Source of the DNA: an uncultured Bacteroidales bacterium
Lineage (GTDB): Bacteria; Bacteroidota; Bacteroidia; Bacteroidales; UBA932
Assembly: GCA_946405435.1 (NCBI GenBank)
Contig: CAMJHF010000007.1
Coordinates: 20,473 to 84,472, forward strand
Reading direction: 5' to 3'
DNA length: 64,000 nucleotides
The position numbers were made by a program, and so were the translations under genes. Each line of letters starts with the position of its first letter. Positions within the stretch are counted from its first letter, which is position 1. A model generated the notes under the pieces. The model was not told the origin of the DNA and did not search any database. It saw nothing but the letters and a program-made list of their open reading frames with translations. This document shows positions 37,398 through 47,162 of the stretch, piece by piece.

Positions 37398-37894
37398 CAG
37401 TCGAACAGAAAATAGGATTGCTGCTGAAAGACAATGCTTGTACGCTCAGCGTTGCCGAGTCTTGTACCGGAGGCAGAATATCCCACTTGATCACCACGGT
37501 CTCGGGATCATCGGCCTACTACCTTGGATCGGTCACCTCCTATGCCGTCAGCGTCAAGGAGCAGGTCCTGGGAGTTCCAGCCGATGTAATCGAATCTGCG
37601 GGCGTAGTAAGTTCCGAGGTTGCGGCCGCCATGGCATGCGGAGTCCGCCGGCTCACCGGCAGTACTTTCTCCCTGGCCACCACAGGTCTTGCCGAGGGAG
37701 GCGACGAGCATTATCCGGAGGGAACGGTGTGGATTGGAGTGGACGGTCCGAGCGGAGTTTCAACCTTATTATACCAGTATGACAAGGACCGTAAAGCGAA
37801 TATAAGGCGTTTTTCGGTTGTTGCCCTGCATTTTTTGCTGGATTATATAGAGAATTGGATAAAATCTTATAAATCAGCAGGTAAAACAAAGTAG
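37394..37894 (+). CDS. CinA C-terminal domain protein (NMN deamidase PncC family)
   Basis: SVAESCTGG, GSSAYY.G, VVSSEVAAAMA.G, TTGLA and GTVWIG motifs. Confidence 0.9.
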   Translation: MTVEQKIGLLLKDNACTLSVAESCTGGRISHLITTVSGSSAYYLGSVTSYAVSVKEQVLGVPADVIESAGVVSSEVAAAMACGVRRLTGSTFSLATTGLAEGGDEHYPEGTVWIGVDGPSGVSTLLYQYDKDRKANIRRFSVVALHFLLDYIENWIKSYKSAGKTK

Positions 37895-37929
37895 TTAATA
37901 CTGATAACATTTTTGTTAACGGCATTTTT
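37870..37929 (+). repeat. 60-bp AT-rich element, copy 2 (see 7236-7295)
   Basis: 48/60 ungapped identity by manual alignment. Confidence 0.75.
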
Positions 37930-37931
37930 AG

Positions 37932-38531
37932 ATGAAAAAGACAATATTATTCATGCTTTTGGGTCTCTTCCTGGCAGCCTGCAGTCCTGTAGGGCCCGAC
38001 CCCAAGCCGGTAGACAGCGACATAGATTTCATCGAGGATTCAGATCCCAATACAAATGAAAGAATCGAGGTCTGGCTTACCGGCTACTCGAACCTCTCCG
38101 ATTATATCAATGTGTCTTATCGCATCGTGGGGCTTGATGAAGTCACCGAACGCGGTACTTTTAAAAACTTCCCTTCTTTCCGTTCCTTCGAGCCCAAGAC
38201 CGGTTCGATAAAGCTGGCGGTCTATGCCGAACAGATCCAGGATATCCCCCAGTCGGTGCTTGATTCCCCTGACGGCATTACATTCGGCATCACCGCTTCT
38301 GTCACCACTCCACACTATGGCAAGACTGTCAATTGGTGCAGATTGCAGAACAGCAGCGTGTCGAGCCTGGATGAGCTGATCAGCAAGACTATAGATACCC
38401 TGAATTCAGGAACCGAAGACGGAATCCCGGGAACCGGCAATACAGGATACATACAATTCAACATAACCCAGGACGAAGCTGAACATTATCTCATCGACCT
38501 TGTGTCATGCAAGGGCAACCTGTTTGAATGA
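37932..38531 (+). CDS. Hypothetical lipoprotein
   Basis: Lipoprotein signal [17 protein letters not shown]; ATGA overlap with the decarboxylase alpha subunit. Confidence 0.7.
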   Translation: MKKTILFMLLGLFLAACSPVGPDPKPVDSDIDFIEDSDPNTNERIEVWLTGYSNLSDYINVSYRIVGLDEVTERGTFKNFPSFRSFEPKTGSIKLAVYAEQIQDIPQSVLDSPDGITFGITASVTTPHYGKTVNWCRLQNSSVSSLDELISKTIDTLNSGTEDGIPGTGNTGYIQFNITQDEAEHYLIDLVSCKGNLFE

Positions 38532-40096
38532 TTATGACAAAGCAACAAGAAGGAATAAAGAATCTGGTTGAGCGCCGCGGCACTGCTGTAAAAGGCGGTG
38601 GCGAGAAACGTATTGAAGCCCAGCATGCCAAAGGCAAGCTGACCGCCCGCGAGCGACTGGCCAAGCTGCTCGATCCGGGCAGTTTCGAAGAATTTGACAT
38701 GTTCATGCACCACAGGTGCACGAATTTCGGAATCGATGCATCGCACCCCGACGGCGACGGCGTAGTCACCGGACAGGGAACTATAGATGGACGCCTTGTT
38801 TTTGTTTATGCCCAGGACTTTACAGTGAACGGCGGCTCACTGAGCAAAACCATGTCCGAGAAGATATGCAAGGTCATGGATTACGCCATTAAAGTCGGCG
38901 CTCCCGTCATCGGACTCAACGATTCCGGCGGCGCACGTATACAGGAAGGAATCGATGCCCTGGCCGGTTACGGCGAGATTTTCGAGCGCAACATCCTATC
39001 CAGCGGCGTGATTCCGCAGATCAGCATGATACTCGGACCTTGCGCCGGCGGTGCGGTATATTCCCCCGCCCTGACCGACTTCACCATCATGGTCGACAAG
39101 ACCAGCTATATGTTCCTGACCGGTCCGGCCGTTGTAAAATCCGTCACAGGCGAGGAAGTCACCCAAGAGGAGCTGGGCGGAGCAAGCATCCATGCCAGCA
39201 AGTCCGGAGTAGCTCACTTTTCCGCTGATTCTGAAGATGATGCCATATCCAAGGTAAAGAAACTCTTGAGCTTCATCCCGCAGAACAACATGCAGGAAGC
39301 CCCTTCACGTCCGACTGCCGATCCCGTCAATCGTGCAGAGGATTTTCTCAATTCCGTCATACCGGACAATCCCAACAAGGCCTACGACATGTACGGCGTG
39401 ATCCGCTCCATAGTAGATGACGGAGATTTCTTCGAAGTACATGGCAGTTATGCACGCAACATAATCGTCGGCTTCGCCCATGTTGGCGGCAGGAGCGTAG
39501 GAGTTGTTGCCAACCAGCCCGGAGTGCTCGCCGGCGTACTGGATATAAACGCCAGCCGCAAAGCCGCACGCTTCGTGCGCTTCTGCGACGCTTTCAACAT
39601 TCCCCTGCTCACTCTGGTAGACGTGCCCGGTTTCCTCTGCGGCACCCAGCAGGAATACGGAGCCATTATCACCAACGGAGCCAAACTGCTCTACGCCTAT
39701 GGCGAGGCAACCGTGCCAAAGGTGACCGTAACCCTGCGCAAAAGCTATGGCGGCGCACATATCGTCATGAGTTGCAAGCAGTTGCGTGGAGATATCAATT
39801 ATGCCTGGCCGTCCGCCAACATCGCAGTCATGGGTGCCGAGGGTGCCGTGGGCATACTTTATGGCAAAGAACTCAAGGCCGAGACCGATCCCGAGAAGCA
39901 GGCAGCTCTAGCAGAACTTAAGAAGAACGAATACAACGAATTGTTCTGCAATCCTTATCAAGCCGCCGAAAAAGGCTACATCGAAGATGTCATTGAGCCT
40001 CGCAACACCCGTTTCCGCGTTATACGGGCCTTTGAGGTGCTCGCCGGCAAGCGTCAGGAAGTCCCTGCCAAGAAACACGACAATATGCCGCTATGA
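38528..40096 (+). CDS. mmdA: Methylmalonyl-CoA decarboxylase alpha subunit (acyl-CoA carboxyltransferase)
   Basis: [34 protein letters not shown] and RKSYGGA motifs; operon context. Confidence 0.9.
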   Translation: MIMTKQQEGIKNLVERRGTAVKGGGEKRIEAQHAKGKLTARERLAKLLDPGSFEEFDMFMHHRCTNFGIDASHPDGDGVVTGQGTIDGRLVFVYAQDFTVNGGSLSKTMSEKICKVMDYAIKVGAPVIGLNDSGGARIQEGIDALAGYGEIFERNILSSGVIPQISMILGPCAGGAVYSPALTDFTIMVDKTSYMFLTGPAVVKSVTGEEVTQEELGGASIHASKSGVAHFSADSEDDAISKVKKLLSFIPQNNMQEAPSRPTADPVNRAEDFLNSVIPDNPNKAYDMYGVIRSIVDDGDFFEVHGSYARNIIVGFAHVGGRSVGVVANQPGVLAGVLDINASRKAARFVRFCDAFNIPLLTLVDVPGFLCGTQQEYGAIITNGAKLLYAYGEATVPKVTVTLRKSYGGAHIVMSCKQLRGDINYAWPSANIAVMGAEGAVGILYGKELKAETDPEKQAALAELKKNEYNELFCNPYQAAEKGYIEDVIEPRNTRFRVIRAFEVLAGKRQEVPAKKHDNMPL

Positions 40097-40998
40097 TGAG
40101 GAAGGGAAAACTCTTGCTATTGTTGCTGCTGTTGTCCGCAGGCCTGCGGGCTCAGAACCTGTCCGACCTCATCATATCCGAAGCCATGCCGGGGAATCCT
40201 TCCTCCGTCACCGATGAATATGGCGAGCATGCTGACTGGATCGAGCTTTTCAACACATCTGAGGGTACAGTGAATTTCGGCGGGTGTTTCCTTACCGACG
40301 ACCCTTCCGACCTTACCAAGTGCCAGATAACCAAAGACGACCGTTCCACCCGGCTGGGACCTCGCCAGGTTACCCTTTTGTTTGCCGACGGAGATTCAAC
40401 GCGCGGTACCTACCACCTTAACTTTACCCTGCCTCGTGGCGGAACCGTATATCTAGTCAGCAACGACGGGCGTACCATAATTGATTCTATAGATATACCT
40501 GCCGACCTTCCTGAAGGCATGAGCATATCTAAGTTTGCACATGACAACAAAGAGTTGGAATTCAATGATGTACATCCGTCTGCTCCATCTCCCCGTTCGC
40601 TCAATGGCAAGCATAACCAGAAAACCCGCGCGCAGGTTATGGAGGAAACGGATCCTCATGGATGGACGCTTACGCTGATTTCCGTCACCGTGGTGTTTGT
40701 CGCTTTGTTCATACTTTTCCTTATTTATAATCTGTCGGGAAATATTTTCTCCGGGAAGTACAAGCGCAATCGTAAAAGCAGGACGCCGGATGATGAAACC
40801 GCTGCGGCCGTAGCCATGGCCCTGCGGCTTCACTGCGCGGACGATGCCGTTCCCGCAGCCATCGCTATGGCCCTTCACATGCATTTGGGCGAAGGCGTAC
40901 ATGATTTCGAACCTGGTATAATTACTATAAAACAAGCCGGCATGAGTGCATGGAACGATAAAAAGCTTCTTTTCCGCCGCAGTCCGGACAAACTTTAA
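40093..40998 (+). CDS. Na+-decarboxylase delta/OadG subunit with N-terminal lamin-tail-like domain
   Basis: Signal LRA-Q; [19 protein letters not shown]; TM helix [13 protein letters not shown]; two AAIAMAL segments; SAWNDK. Confidence 0.8.
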   Translation: MMRKGKLLLLLLLLSAGLRAQNLSDLIISEAMPGNPSSVTDEYGEHADWIELFNTSEGTVNFGGCFLTDDPSDLTKCQITKDDRSTRLGPRQVTLLFADGDSTRGTYHLNFTLPRGGTVYLVSNDGRTIIDSIDIPADLPEGMSISKFAHDNKELEFNDVHPSAPSPRSLNGKHNQKTRAQVMEETDPHGWTLTLISVTVVFVALFILFLIYNLSGNIFSGKYKRNRKSRTPDDETAAAVAMALRLHCADDAVPAAIAMALHMHLGEGVHDFEPGIITIKQAGMSAWNDKKLLFRRSPDKL

Positions 40999-41006
40999 TT
41001 GAAATT

Positions 41007-41435
41007 ATGAGCAACTATAAATTTAAAATCAACGGCAAGGAATACGCCGTCACAATCAATGGCATAGAAGGCAAGAATGCCGACGTTTCCGTAAATGGAG
41101 TTAATTATCAGGTAGAACTGGAGAATGAAATGCCCGCCTCCCCCGCCCCCGTGCAGGCGCCTGCGGCAGCTGCTCCTTCTCCCTCTCCCGCCCCCGTCCA
41201 GGCGGCGGCTCCGGCTGGCCCCGGCACTGTCATCCACTCGCCTCTGCCCGGCGTTATCATCAGCATAGACGTCAAGGAAGGCCAGGCCGTCAAGAAGGGA
41301 CAGAAAGTGGCGGTCCTTGAGGCCATGAAGATGGAAAATGAAATCCAGGCCGATACCGACGGTACGGTTTCCGCCATCCTGGTCCAGAAAGGAGATTCGG
41401 TCCTCGAGGGGGCCGACATTATCAAGCTTGGATAA
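41007..41435 (+). CDS. mmdC: Biotin carboxyl carrier (gamma) subunit
   Basis: Ala/Pro linker and EAMKMEN biotinylation motif. Confidence 0.92.
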   Translation: MSNYKFKINGKEYAVTINGIEGKNADVSVNGVNYQVELENEMPASPAPVQAPAAAAPSPSPAPVQAAAPAGPGTVIHSPLPGVIISIDVKEGQAVKKGQKVAVLEAMKMENEIQADTDGTVSAILVQKGDSVLEGADIIKLG

Positions 41436-42577
41436 TGGAGCAGATTTTCGACAGCCTTGCTCAGTTCTGGCAGTTTACCGGTTTTGCAAACTGCACTTGG
41501 CAGCATCTTGCAATGATTGCCATAGGCATTGTTTTCATCACGCTTGGAATAGTCAAGGAGTGGGAGCCTATGTTGCTTGTGCCTATCGGATTCGGTATCA
41601 TCATCGGCAACATTCCCATCTTCCCCGGGCTCAATATCGGTGTATATGAGGACGGTTCCGTGCTGAACACCCTTTATCAGGGAGTCCGCCAGGGCTGGTA
41701 TCCGCCGCTCATATTCCTAGGAATCGGGGCTATGACAGATTTCTCGGCCCTGATTTCGCAGCCGAGGCTGATGCTTATCGGCGCCGCCGCGCAGATGGGT
41801 ATTTTCGGGGCGTATCTTCTGGCTTTGGCTTTTGGTTTCTCCCCCAACGAGGCTGGAGCAATCGGTATCATCGGCGGTGCGGATGGCCCTACCGCCATCT
41901 TCCTCAGCTCGAAACTGGCGCCCGACCTCATGGGAGCCATTGCAGTCTGCGCTTACTCCTACATGGCCCTCGTACCGGTCATTCAGAAACCTATAATGCT
42001 GCTGCTCACCACCAAGAAGGAGCGCCTCATTGAGATGCCCAAGCCCCGCACGGTGAGCCAGAAAGAGAAGATCATCTTCCCCATCGTGGGCTTTCTGTGC
42101 ACCGCATTCATAGTTCCGTCCGGCCTCCCGCTTCTCGGAATGCTGTTCTTCGGCAACCTGCTCAAGGAATCCGGAGTCACGCGCCGTCTTGCAACAACCG
42201 CCGGCGGCCCGCTTATCGACGTGGTCACCACCCTGATCGGACTCACCGTGGGAGCGTCGACACAGGCCGACAAATTCCTGACCGGCAACTCGCTCAAAAT
42301 ATTCGGACTTGGCCTTCTGTCCTTCATAATCGCCACTGCTTGCGGTGTGCTGTTCGTGAAAATCTGGAATCTTTTCCTCAAACCGGAAAGGAAGATCAAT
42401 CCGCTTATCGGCAATGCCGGAGTGTCTGCCGTTCCCGACAGCGCCCGCGTCTCCGAGGTCGTAGGCCGGGAAGCAAACCCTAACAACCATTTGTTGATGC
42501 ACGCGGTGGCTCCCAATGTCGCAGGCGTAATCGGCTCCGCTGTCGCAGCCGGCATATTACTTGGATTTTTAGGATAA
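41435..42577 (+). CDS. mmdB: Na+-translocating decarboxylase beta subunit
   Basis: EPMLLVPIGFG, GAMTDF, IIGGADGPTAI and NVAGVIGSA motifs. Confidence 0.93.
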   Translation: MEQIFDSLAQFWQFTGFANCTWQHLAMIAIGIVFITLGIVKEWEPMLLVPIGFGIIIGNIPIFPGLNIGVYEDGSVLNTLYQGVRQGWYPPLIFLGIGAMTDFSALISQPRLMLIGAAAQMGIFGAYLLALAFGFSPNEAGAIGIIGGADGPTAIFLSSKLAPDLMGAIAVCAYSYMALVPVIQKPIMLLLTTKKERLIEMPKPRTVSQKEKIIFPIVGFLCTAFIVPSGLPLLGMLFFGNLLKESGVTRRLATTAGGPLIDVVTTLIGLTVGASTQADKFLTGNSLKIFGLGLLSFIIATACGVLFVKIWNLFLKPERKINPLIGNAGVSAVPDSARVSEVVGREANPNNHLLMHAVAPNVAGVIGSAVAAGILLGFLG

Positions 42578-43437
42578 TGAAAAAGCTGATTATTTTAACT
42601 TTATCACTTTTAAGCTTTACTTTTGCTTTAGCTCAGTCGACTCACAATGTCATGAGCTGCAACATCCGTATCACAGGCCTTCCCGCCGACGAGGTGGACG
42701 GCCGCCGCTGGGATGACCGCAAAGACGTGTGTCTCAAAGTCATAAAATCCCGCAAGCCGGATATCATCTGTATGCAGGAGGTCATTTACGAGTCCTATGC
42801 CTACATGAAGAAAAAGCTGAAGAACTATATGGCGTTCGGTTTCGAGGGCCCCGAAATGGACCCCTGGACAGAAGGCTATCACTTTATTGGAAAGAACGTT
42901 ATCTTCTTCAGCAAGAAACGTTACGAGTTCGTCTCCGCCGGCACATACTGGTTGTCGGAAACTCCGCTGATTGCCGGCAGTTCGTCTTGGGAGACCGCCA
43001 GGGCGCGTCAGTGCAACTGGGTAAGGCTCCGTGACAAGCGGACCGGCCACGAATTCAGGGTGCTTGATACGCATCTTGACCATATCACAAAGGTGGCGAA
43101 AACCAAGCAGACTGAGGTGATTGTCGCCGAGGCTGCCCAGTATGCCGAGGATTTTCCCCAGATTCTTTTCGGTGACTTCAATTCAGGCATAAAGGATGAA
43201 CCTTACGCCCTTCTGACTGCCGCAGGGTGGATTGACGCCTATGAGGCAGTCCATGGTCACGAAGAAACCGGTTTCTCCGCCCACGGGTGGAAATTCGACC
43301 GCAGCAAAGGTCGCCGCATAGACTTTATTTATATGCATGGCGGAGTCAAGGCCCTGGATGCCGAAATAGTCAAGGACTCTCCCGGCGGAATCTATCCGTC
43401 CGACCACTATTTTGTTTCGGCGACACTTAGCTTCTAA
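42577..43437 (+). CDS. Secreted endonuclease/exonuclease/phosphatase (EEP) family protein
   Basis: Signal ALA-Q; NIR, MQEV, YWLSETP, THLDH, GDFN, IDFI and PSDH motifs. Confidence 0.9.
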   Translation: MKKLIILTLSLLSFTFALAQSTHNVMSCNIRITGLPADEVDGRRWDDRKDVCLKVIKSRKPDIICMQEVIYESYAYMKKKLKNYMAFGFEGPEMDPWTEGYHFIGKNVIFFSKKRYEFVSAGTYWLSETPLIAGSSSWETARARQCNWVRLRDKRTGHEFRVLDTHLDHITKVAKTKQTEVIVAEAAQYAEDFPQILFGDFNSGIKDEPYALLTAAGWIDAYEAVHGHEETGFSAHGWKFDRSKGRRIDFIYMHGGVKALDAEIVKDSPGGIYPSDHYFVSATLSF

Positions 43438-43442
43438 TGACA

Positions 43443-43480
43443 AAAAAACAAGGTCCGGATGCATCCGGGCCTTGTTTTTT
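43443..43480 (+). terminator. Rho-independent terminator after the mmd-EEP operon
   Basis: AAAAAACAAGGTCCGGAT-GC-ATCCGGGCCTTGTTTTTT. Confidence 0.85.
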
Positions 43481-43560
43481 ATAAATATGTTTAGTAAATT
43501 TGGGTGTTTTGTCCGACATTATTGTATAATTCAATAACAAACAACCTAAAACACCAGTTT

Positions 43561-43695
43561 ATGCTTCAATCCAAACTTTTCTACAGGCCTCCGTGCGCTG
43601 AGCAGATTGCTCACGAAGAAGAGGCTTTGATCTGCGTTTCGGGCGACGCTACAAACGAGTCCTTCGAAAACTCCGGCGAAGAATTAACTTGGTAA
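43561..43695 (+). CDS. 44-aa small peptide (YxxP leader, LICVS, acidic tail ending in W) heading the fimbrillin-like operon
   Basis: MLQSKLFYRPPCAEQIAHEEEALICVSGDATNESFENSGEELTW; A-rich translation initiation region; stop 14 nt before the next gene. Confidence 0.7.
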   Translation: MLQSKLFYRPPCAEQIAHEEEALICVSGDATNESFENSGEELTW

Positions 43696-43709
43696 AAACC
43701 GTCGGCATT

Positions 43710-46700
43710 ATGAAAAAACAGTTTCTTGCTTGCGGCTTGTTCCTAGCCATCCTGGCGGGCTGTGCCAGGGAGGTCGAACCGCAGGTTCCAACGGGCAAGT
43801 ATCCCGTTCTCACCATTACAGCCACTCTCCCCTCTTCCAAGACAGAACTCGGAACTCCCGAAGGCACCAGCACTCCCGTACTTTGGAATGCCGCCGACCA
43901 GATCTGGGTTCGTTCTGCTGCCCAGGAGGCCGGCACGCCCGGCAACCTGTTCACGACTTCAGCCGACAAAATCTCCGAAGATTCCAAGCAGGCGAAGTTT
44001 GAAGGAGAGGCCCCCGAAGAAGGCCCCTACGTGGCAGTCTATCCCTATTCGGCTGTCGCGGCCGCTTCGACCAACACCGAAATAAAGTTCGAATACGGTG
44101 CGGAGCAGACCTATGCTGCCGGAAGTTTCGACCCTGCCGCCAACGTAACAGTAGCTGCCTGGGCTTCCGGGAAGACCTTTACCATGAGCAATGTCTTCGG
44201 TATCCTGCGCATCAAGCTTTCCGGCTCGTCTACGGTGGGCAAGCTCGTCATCTCCGACAATGACCCGGCATTCAGCCTCTGGGGTTCCTGCAGCATCGCC
44301 GTGGACCAGCAGGCAAGCACGGTCGGTGAAGTCAAGGTGACAAACAGCGCCGAGGCACGCAATACCCTTAATCTTAACTGCCCCGACGGCGTAACCCTTA
44401 CAAGTGAGCCTACGGCATTCTATATTGTGGTTCCGGCAGGTGCTTTTGCAAAGGGTTTCACCTGTACTGTTTACGACAAAGACAGCGTCCATGCCAAGAG
44501 CATCACCACGGAAACCGACTGCAAGATCGTCCGCGGCCGCATCTCCGACATGGCAGCCATCAACCCCGAGGAAGCATTGTTCAGCGGCGGCCAGGGCACC
44601 AAGGATAACCCCTGGCGCATAGCCACCCCCGACGACCTGGTGCAGATGGCCGAGCTTGTCAACGGCGAATCCTCAGCCGATTATACATCCGGTTTCTATC
44701 GCCAGATCCGTGATATCAACATGCAGGAGTCGTCCCCTGCCTGCATCGGCTCCACTTCCGCCCTCCCCTTCAAGGGTGTCTACGATGGCGGAAGCTATAC
44801 CATCAGCAACCTCAGCCCTGTGCCTGCTTCGGGTGAGGCGGCAGGACTGTTCGGCTACACTGACGGCGCCACCATCTCCGACCTGTCCATCGACGGCTAC
44901 ACCAACAACGGCCACGACGGCAACCAGGGCGTGATAGTAGGCTACAGCAAATCTTCTACCATCAGCAATGTCCACGTCAACGCACAGGTTGATTTCGAGA
45001 AGTGCGCTTGCGGCGGCATCGCCGGCTATGTCGACGGCGGCTCTATCAAGGACTGCTCCGTCGAGGGATTCATCCACAATGAGGATACAGGCACCTTCCA
45101 GGGAGTCACCGTAGTGTCCTGCGTCGGCGGCGTCGCTGGCTATCTGGGCAATGCATCCATAAGCAACTGTACTTTCAAGGGCAACGTGACCAGCAAGGGT
45201 GAGCAGCTGGGCGGCATCGTGGGCCAGATAAACAACGGAACGGTCGAAGACTGCACCGTCGTGGCCGGCTCCACCGTGACCGGCGACAATTACTATGTCG
45301 GCGGTATTGCTGGAGAGATGCTCACCGGCGGCACCATCAAGGGCTGCGAGGTTCAGGCGGATGTTATCTGCTGGTATCCCGGCGCCGGCGGCATCGTGGG
45401 CTGGCTCCAGAACGGCGATGTCCGCGACTGCGTCATCGGCTCCATGTCCACGATACGCAGCGGTATGGACCAGGCGGGCGGCATTGCGGCCTATGTCTAC
45501 TGGAAGAATACCGCACAGAAGGTCAACATCGACAACTGCATAGTCTATGCGAAGACCATCGCGGCCAACTATTCCGTAGGAGGAATAATTGGCGAACTCA
45601 ATCCTACCAGCGACGGAACGACGGTCAATGTCAGCAACTGCGCCTTCATAGGCGGCGAACTCATAAACGCCGGCTATGCCAAGAGCGGCTGGACCATGAT
45701 TGCCGGTATAGTTGCATGGGCAAGGATGGGCAGCACCGCTTCCACCCTGAACATAGTCAACTGCATCTCCGATCCTTCCGTCATCCGCGCAGATTTCCCT
45801 CAGGGCTCAGAAGCGGATTTGGGCGGTTTCATCGGCGAGCAGGGCGGCACGAATGCAAGTGTCAACATTGTCAACTCCTACACCACACTGGGCAGGGGCC
45901 GTGCTGTCATTAACGGCCAGAAGGATCCCGGCAGCCCGTATTTCAACTTTGCTGCGCTGGTCGGCCTGGTCAACAAGACCAATTTCGACCATGTCTACTA
46001 CGACGGCAGTCTCCCTGCCCTCGGCAAGGCCAATTCCGGCACCAGCACCGAGTGCAACTCAATGTCCGTTCAGAGCATGACCGACGGCACGCTGCTCAGC
46101 ATCCTCAATGCTTTCAAGGCGTCATACAGCGGTCCTCTGACACTGCGCTCATGGGTCAACGGCGTCAACGGTTATCCGGTTTTCGATGGCATGTCTTCCA
46201 ATCCCTCCACAGGCAAGAAGAAGGCGCTGAGGGTAAGCCTCATCGGCGATTCCCTTTCCACCTTCGACGGTTATGCTCCTCACGGATACCACAGTTCCAA
46301 GGCTCCCAATGGCTACAGCTGCCACTACCCCACCGGCGACGGCAATGTGACCAGCGCCTCCCAGACTTACTGGTACATATTGACTTACGAGCTGCTCTCC
46401 AATGCCGTGTGGGACACCAACCTTGCCTTCTCCGGCACTGCAACCACACGCTGCACCGACAGCAGCTACTCCAACAAGTCCTGGTACGGCCAGGACTTCT
46501 GCACGCGCTACATAGAGAACGCCGGAATGGGTTCGCCCGACATCATCATAATCAACGGCGGAGCCAACGACTGGGCCCACGGCATCTACAATCTGCTGGG
46601 AACCCAGAAACTTGAGAAGTATCCTTCCACTACGCCTCACCGCCCCGGCGATGCAGCGATGAACGCCGCCTACGCGGTGGCCGATGCGGCAAAGACGCTG

Positions 46701-47162
46701 GACGAGGCAAAAGCCCTTCCCGATGCAACATTCATCGAGGCTTATCTGAAGCTCATCCGCATGATGACTCTCCAGTATCCTCACGTAAAGATCGTCGTGC
46801 TTATCCATGATACCCTTACTCCGGACGTCGAAGAGTCACTTCTGCATATCGCCGACCACTACAGCAACTGCCGTGCGGTCGACCTGTATGCAGTAAACGG
46901 ATTCAACGATCTGGGATGGAACTTCGAGTACCTCCAGAAAGGCTACCAGCCCAACATGCCCAAGCACGATTTCGACTGGAGCAACATCTACACCAGCGGA
47001 GAACTCCGTCGCAACTCAAGCGACCACTACTCCGCCCAGGCCATGCGCTTCATAGCCGAGAAGATCTACAACGAGCTTGGCACCTGGCTGGAAGACTACT
47101 CCTATAACGAGTCCGGCAACGGCTCCATCAGTAATTTTGACAACAATAACGGAGCATGGTGA
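43710..47162 (+). CDS. Lipoprotein: fimbrillin/Mfa-like N-terminal domain + GLUG (GGIxG) repeats + SGNH/GDSL hydrolase
   Basis: Lipobox LAGC; SKT..VLWNAADQI, AVYPY, FYIVVP; FSGGQGTKDNPW, GVYDGG.YTI, many GGI(A/V)G repeats; IGDSLST, NLAFSG, GGAND and SDH motifs. Confidence 0.8.
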   Translation: MKKQFLACGLFLAILAGCAREVEPQVPTGKYPVLTITATLPSSKTELGTPEGTSTPVLWNAADQIWVRSAAQEAGTPGNLFTTSADKISEDSKQAKFEGEAPEEGPYVAVYPYSAVAAASTNTEIKFEYGAEQTYAAGSFDPAANVTVAAWASGKTFTMSNVFGILRIKLSGSSTVGKLVISDNDPAFSLWGSCSIAVDQQASTVGEVKVTNSAEARNTLNLNCPDGVTLTSEPTAFYIVVPAGAFAKGFTCTVYDKDSVHAKSITTETDCKIVRGRISDMAAINPEEALFSGGQGTKDNPWRIATPDDLVQMAELVNGESSADYTSGFYRQIRDINMQESSPACIGSTSALPFKGVYDGGSYTISNLSPVPASGEAAGLFGYTDGATISDLSIDGYTNNGHDGNQGVIVGYSKSSTISNVHVNAQVDFEKCACGGIAGYVDGGSIKDCSVEGFIHNEDTGTFQGVTVVSCVGGVAGYLGNASISNCTFKGNVTSKGEQLGGIVGQINNGTVEDCTVVAGSTVTGDNYYVGGIAGEMLTGGTIKGCEVQADVICWYPGAGGIVGWLQNGDVRDCVIGSMSTIRSGMDQAGGIAAYVYWKNTAQKVNIDNCIVYAKTIAANYSVGGIIGELNPTSDGTTVNVSNCAFIGGELINAGYAKSGWTMIAGIVAWARMGSTASTLNIVNCISDPSVIRADFPQGSEADLGGFIGEQGGTNASVNIVNSYTTLGRGRAVINGQKDPGSPYFNFAALVGLVNKTNFDHVYYDGSLPALGKANSGTSTECNSMSVQSMTDGTLLSILNAFKASYSGPLTLRSWVNGVNGYPVFDGMSSNPSTGKKKALRVSLIGDSLSTFDGYAPHGYHSSKAPNGYSCHYPTGDGNVTSASQTYWYILTYELLSNAVWDTNLAFSGTATTRCTDSSYSNKSWYGQDFCTRYIENAGMGSPDIIIINGGANDWAHGIYNLLGTQKLEKYPSTTPHRPGDAAMNAAYAVADAAKTLDEAKALPDATFIEAYLKLIRMMTLQYPHVKIVVLIHDTLTPDVEESLLHIADHYSNCRAVDLYAVNGFNDLGWNFEYLQKGYQPNMPKHDFDWSNIYTSGELRRNSSDHYSAQAMRFIAEKIYNELGTWLEDYSYNESGNGSISNFDNNNGAW

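Noticed and set aside
41137-41225. C-rich low-complexity repeat
   Set aside because: Encodes the normal Ala/Pro linker of the biotin carrier subunit.
43561-43695. Lasso peptide or other RiPP gene cluster
   Set aside because: There is a YxxP motif, but no cyclase, leader peptidase, RRE, radical SAM enzyme or exporter in the window. It is kept only as a pilin-associated peptide hypothesis.
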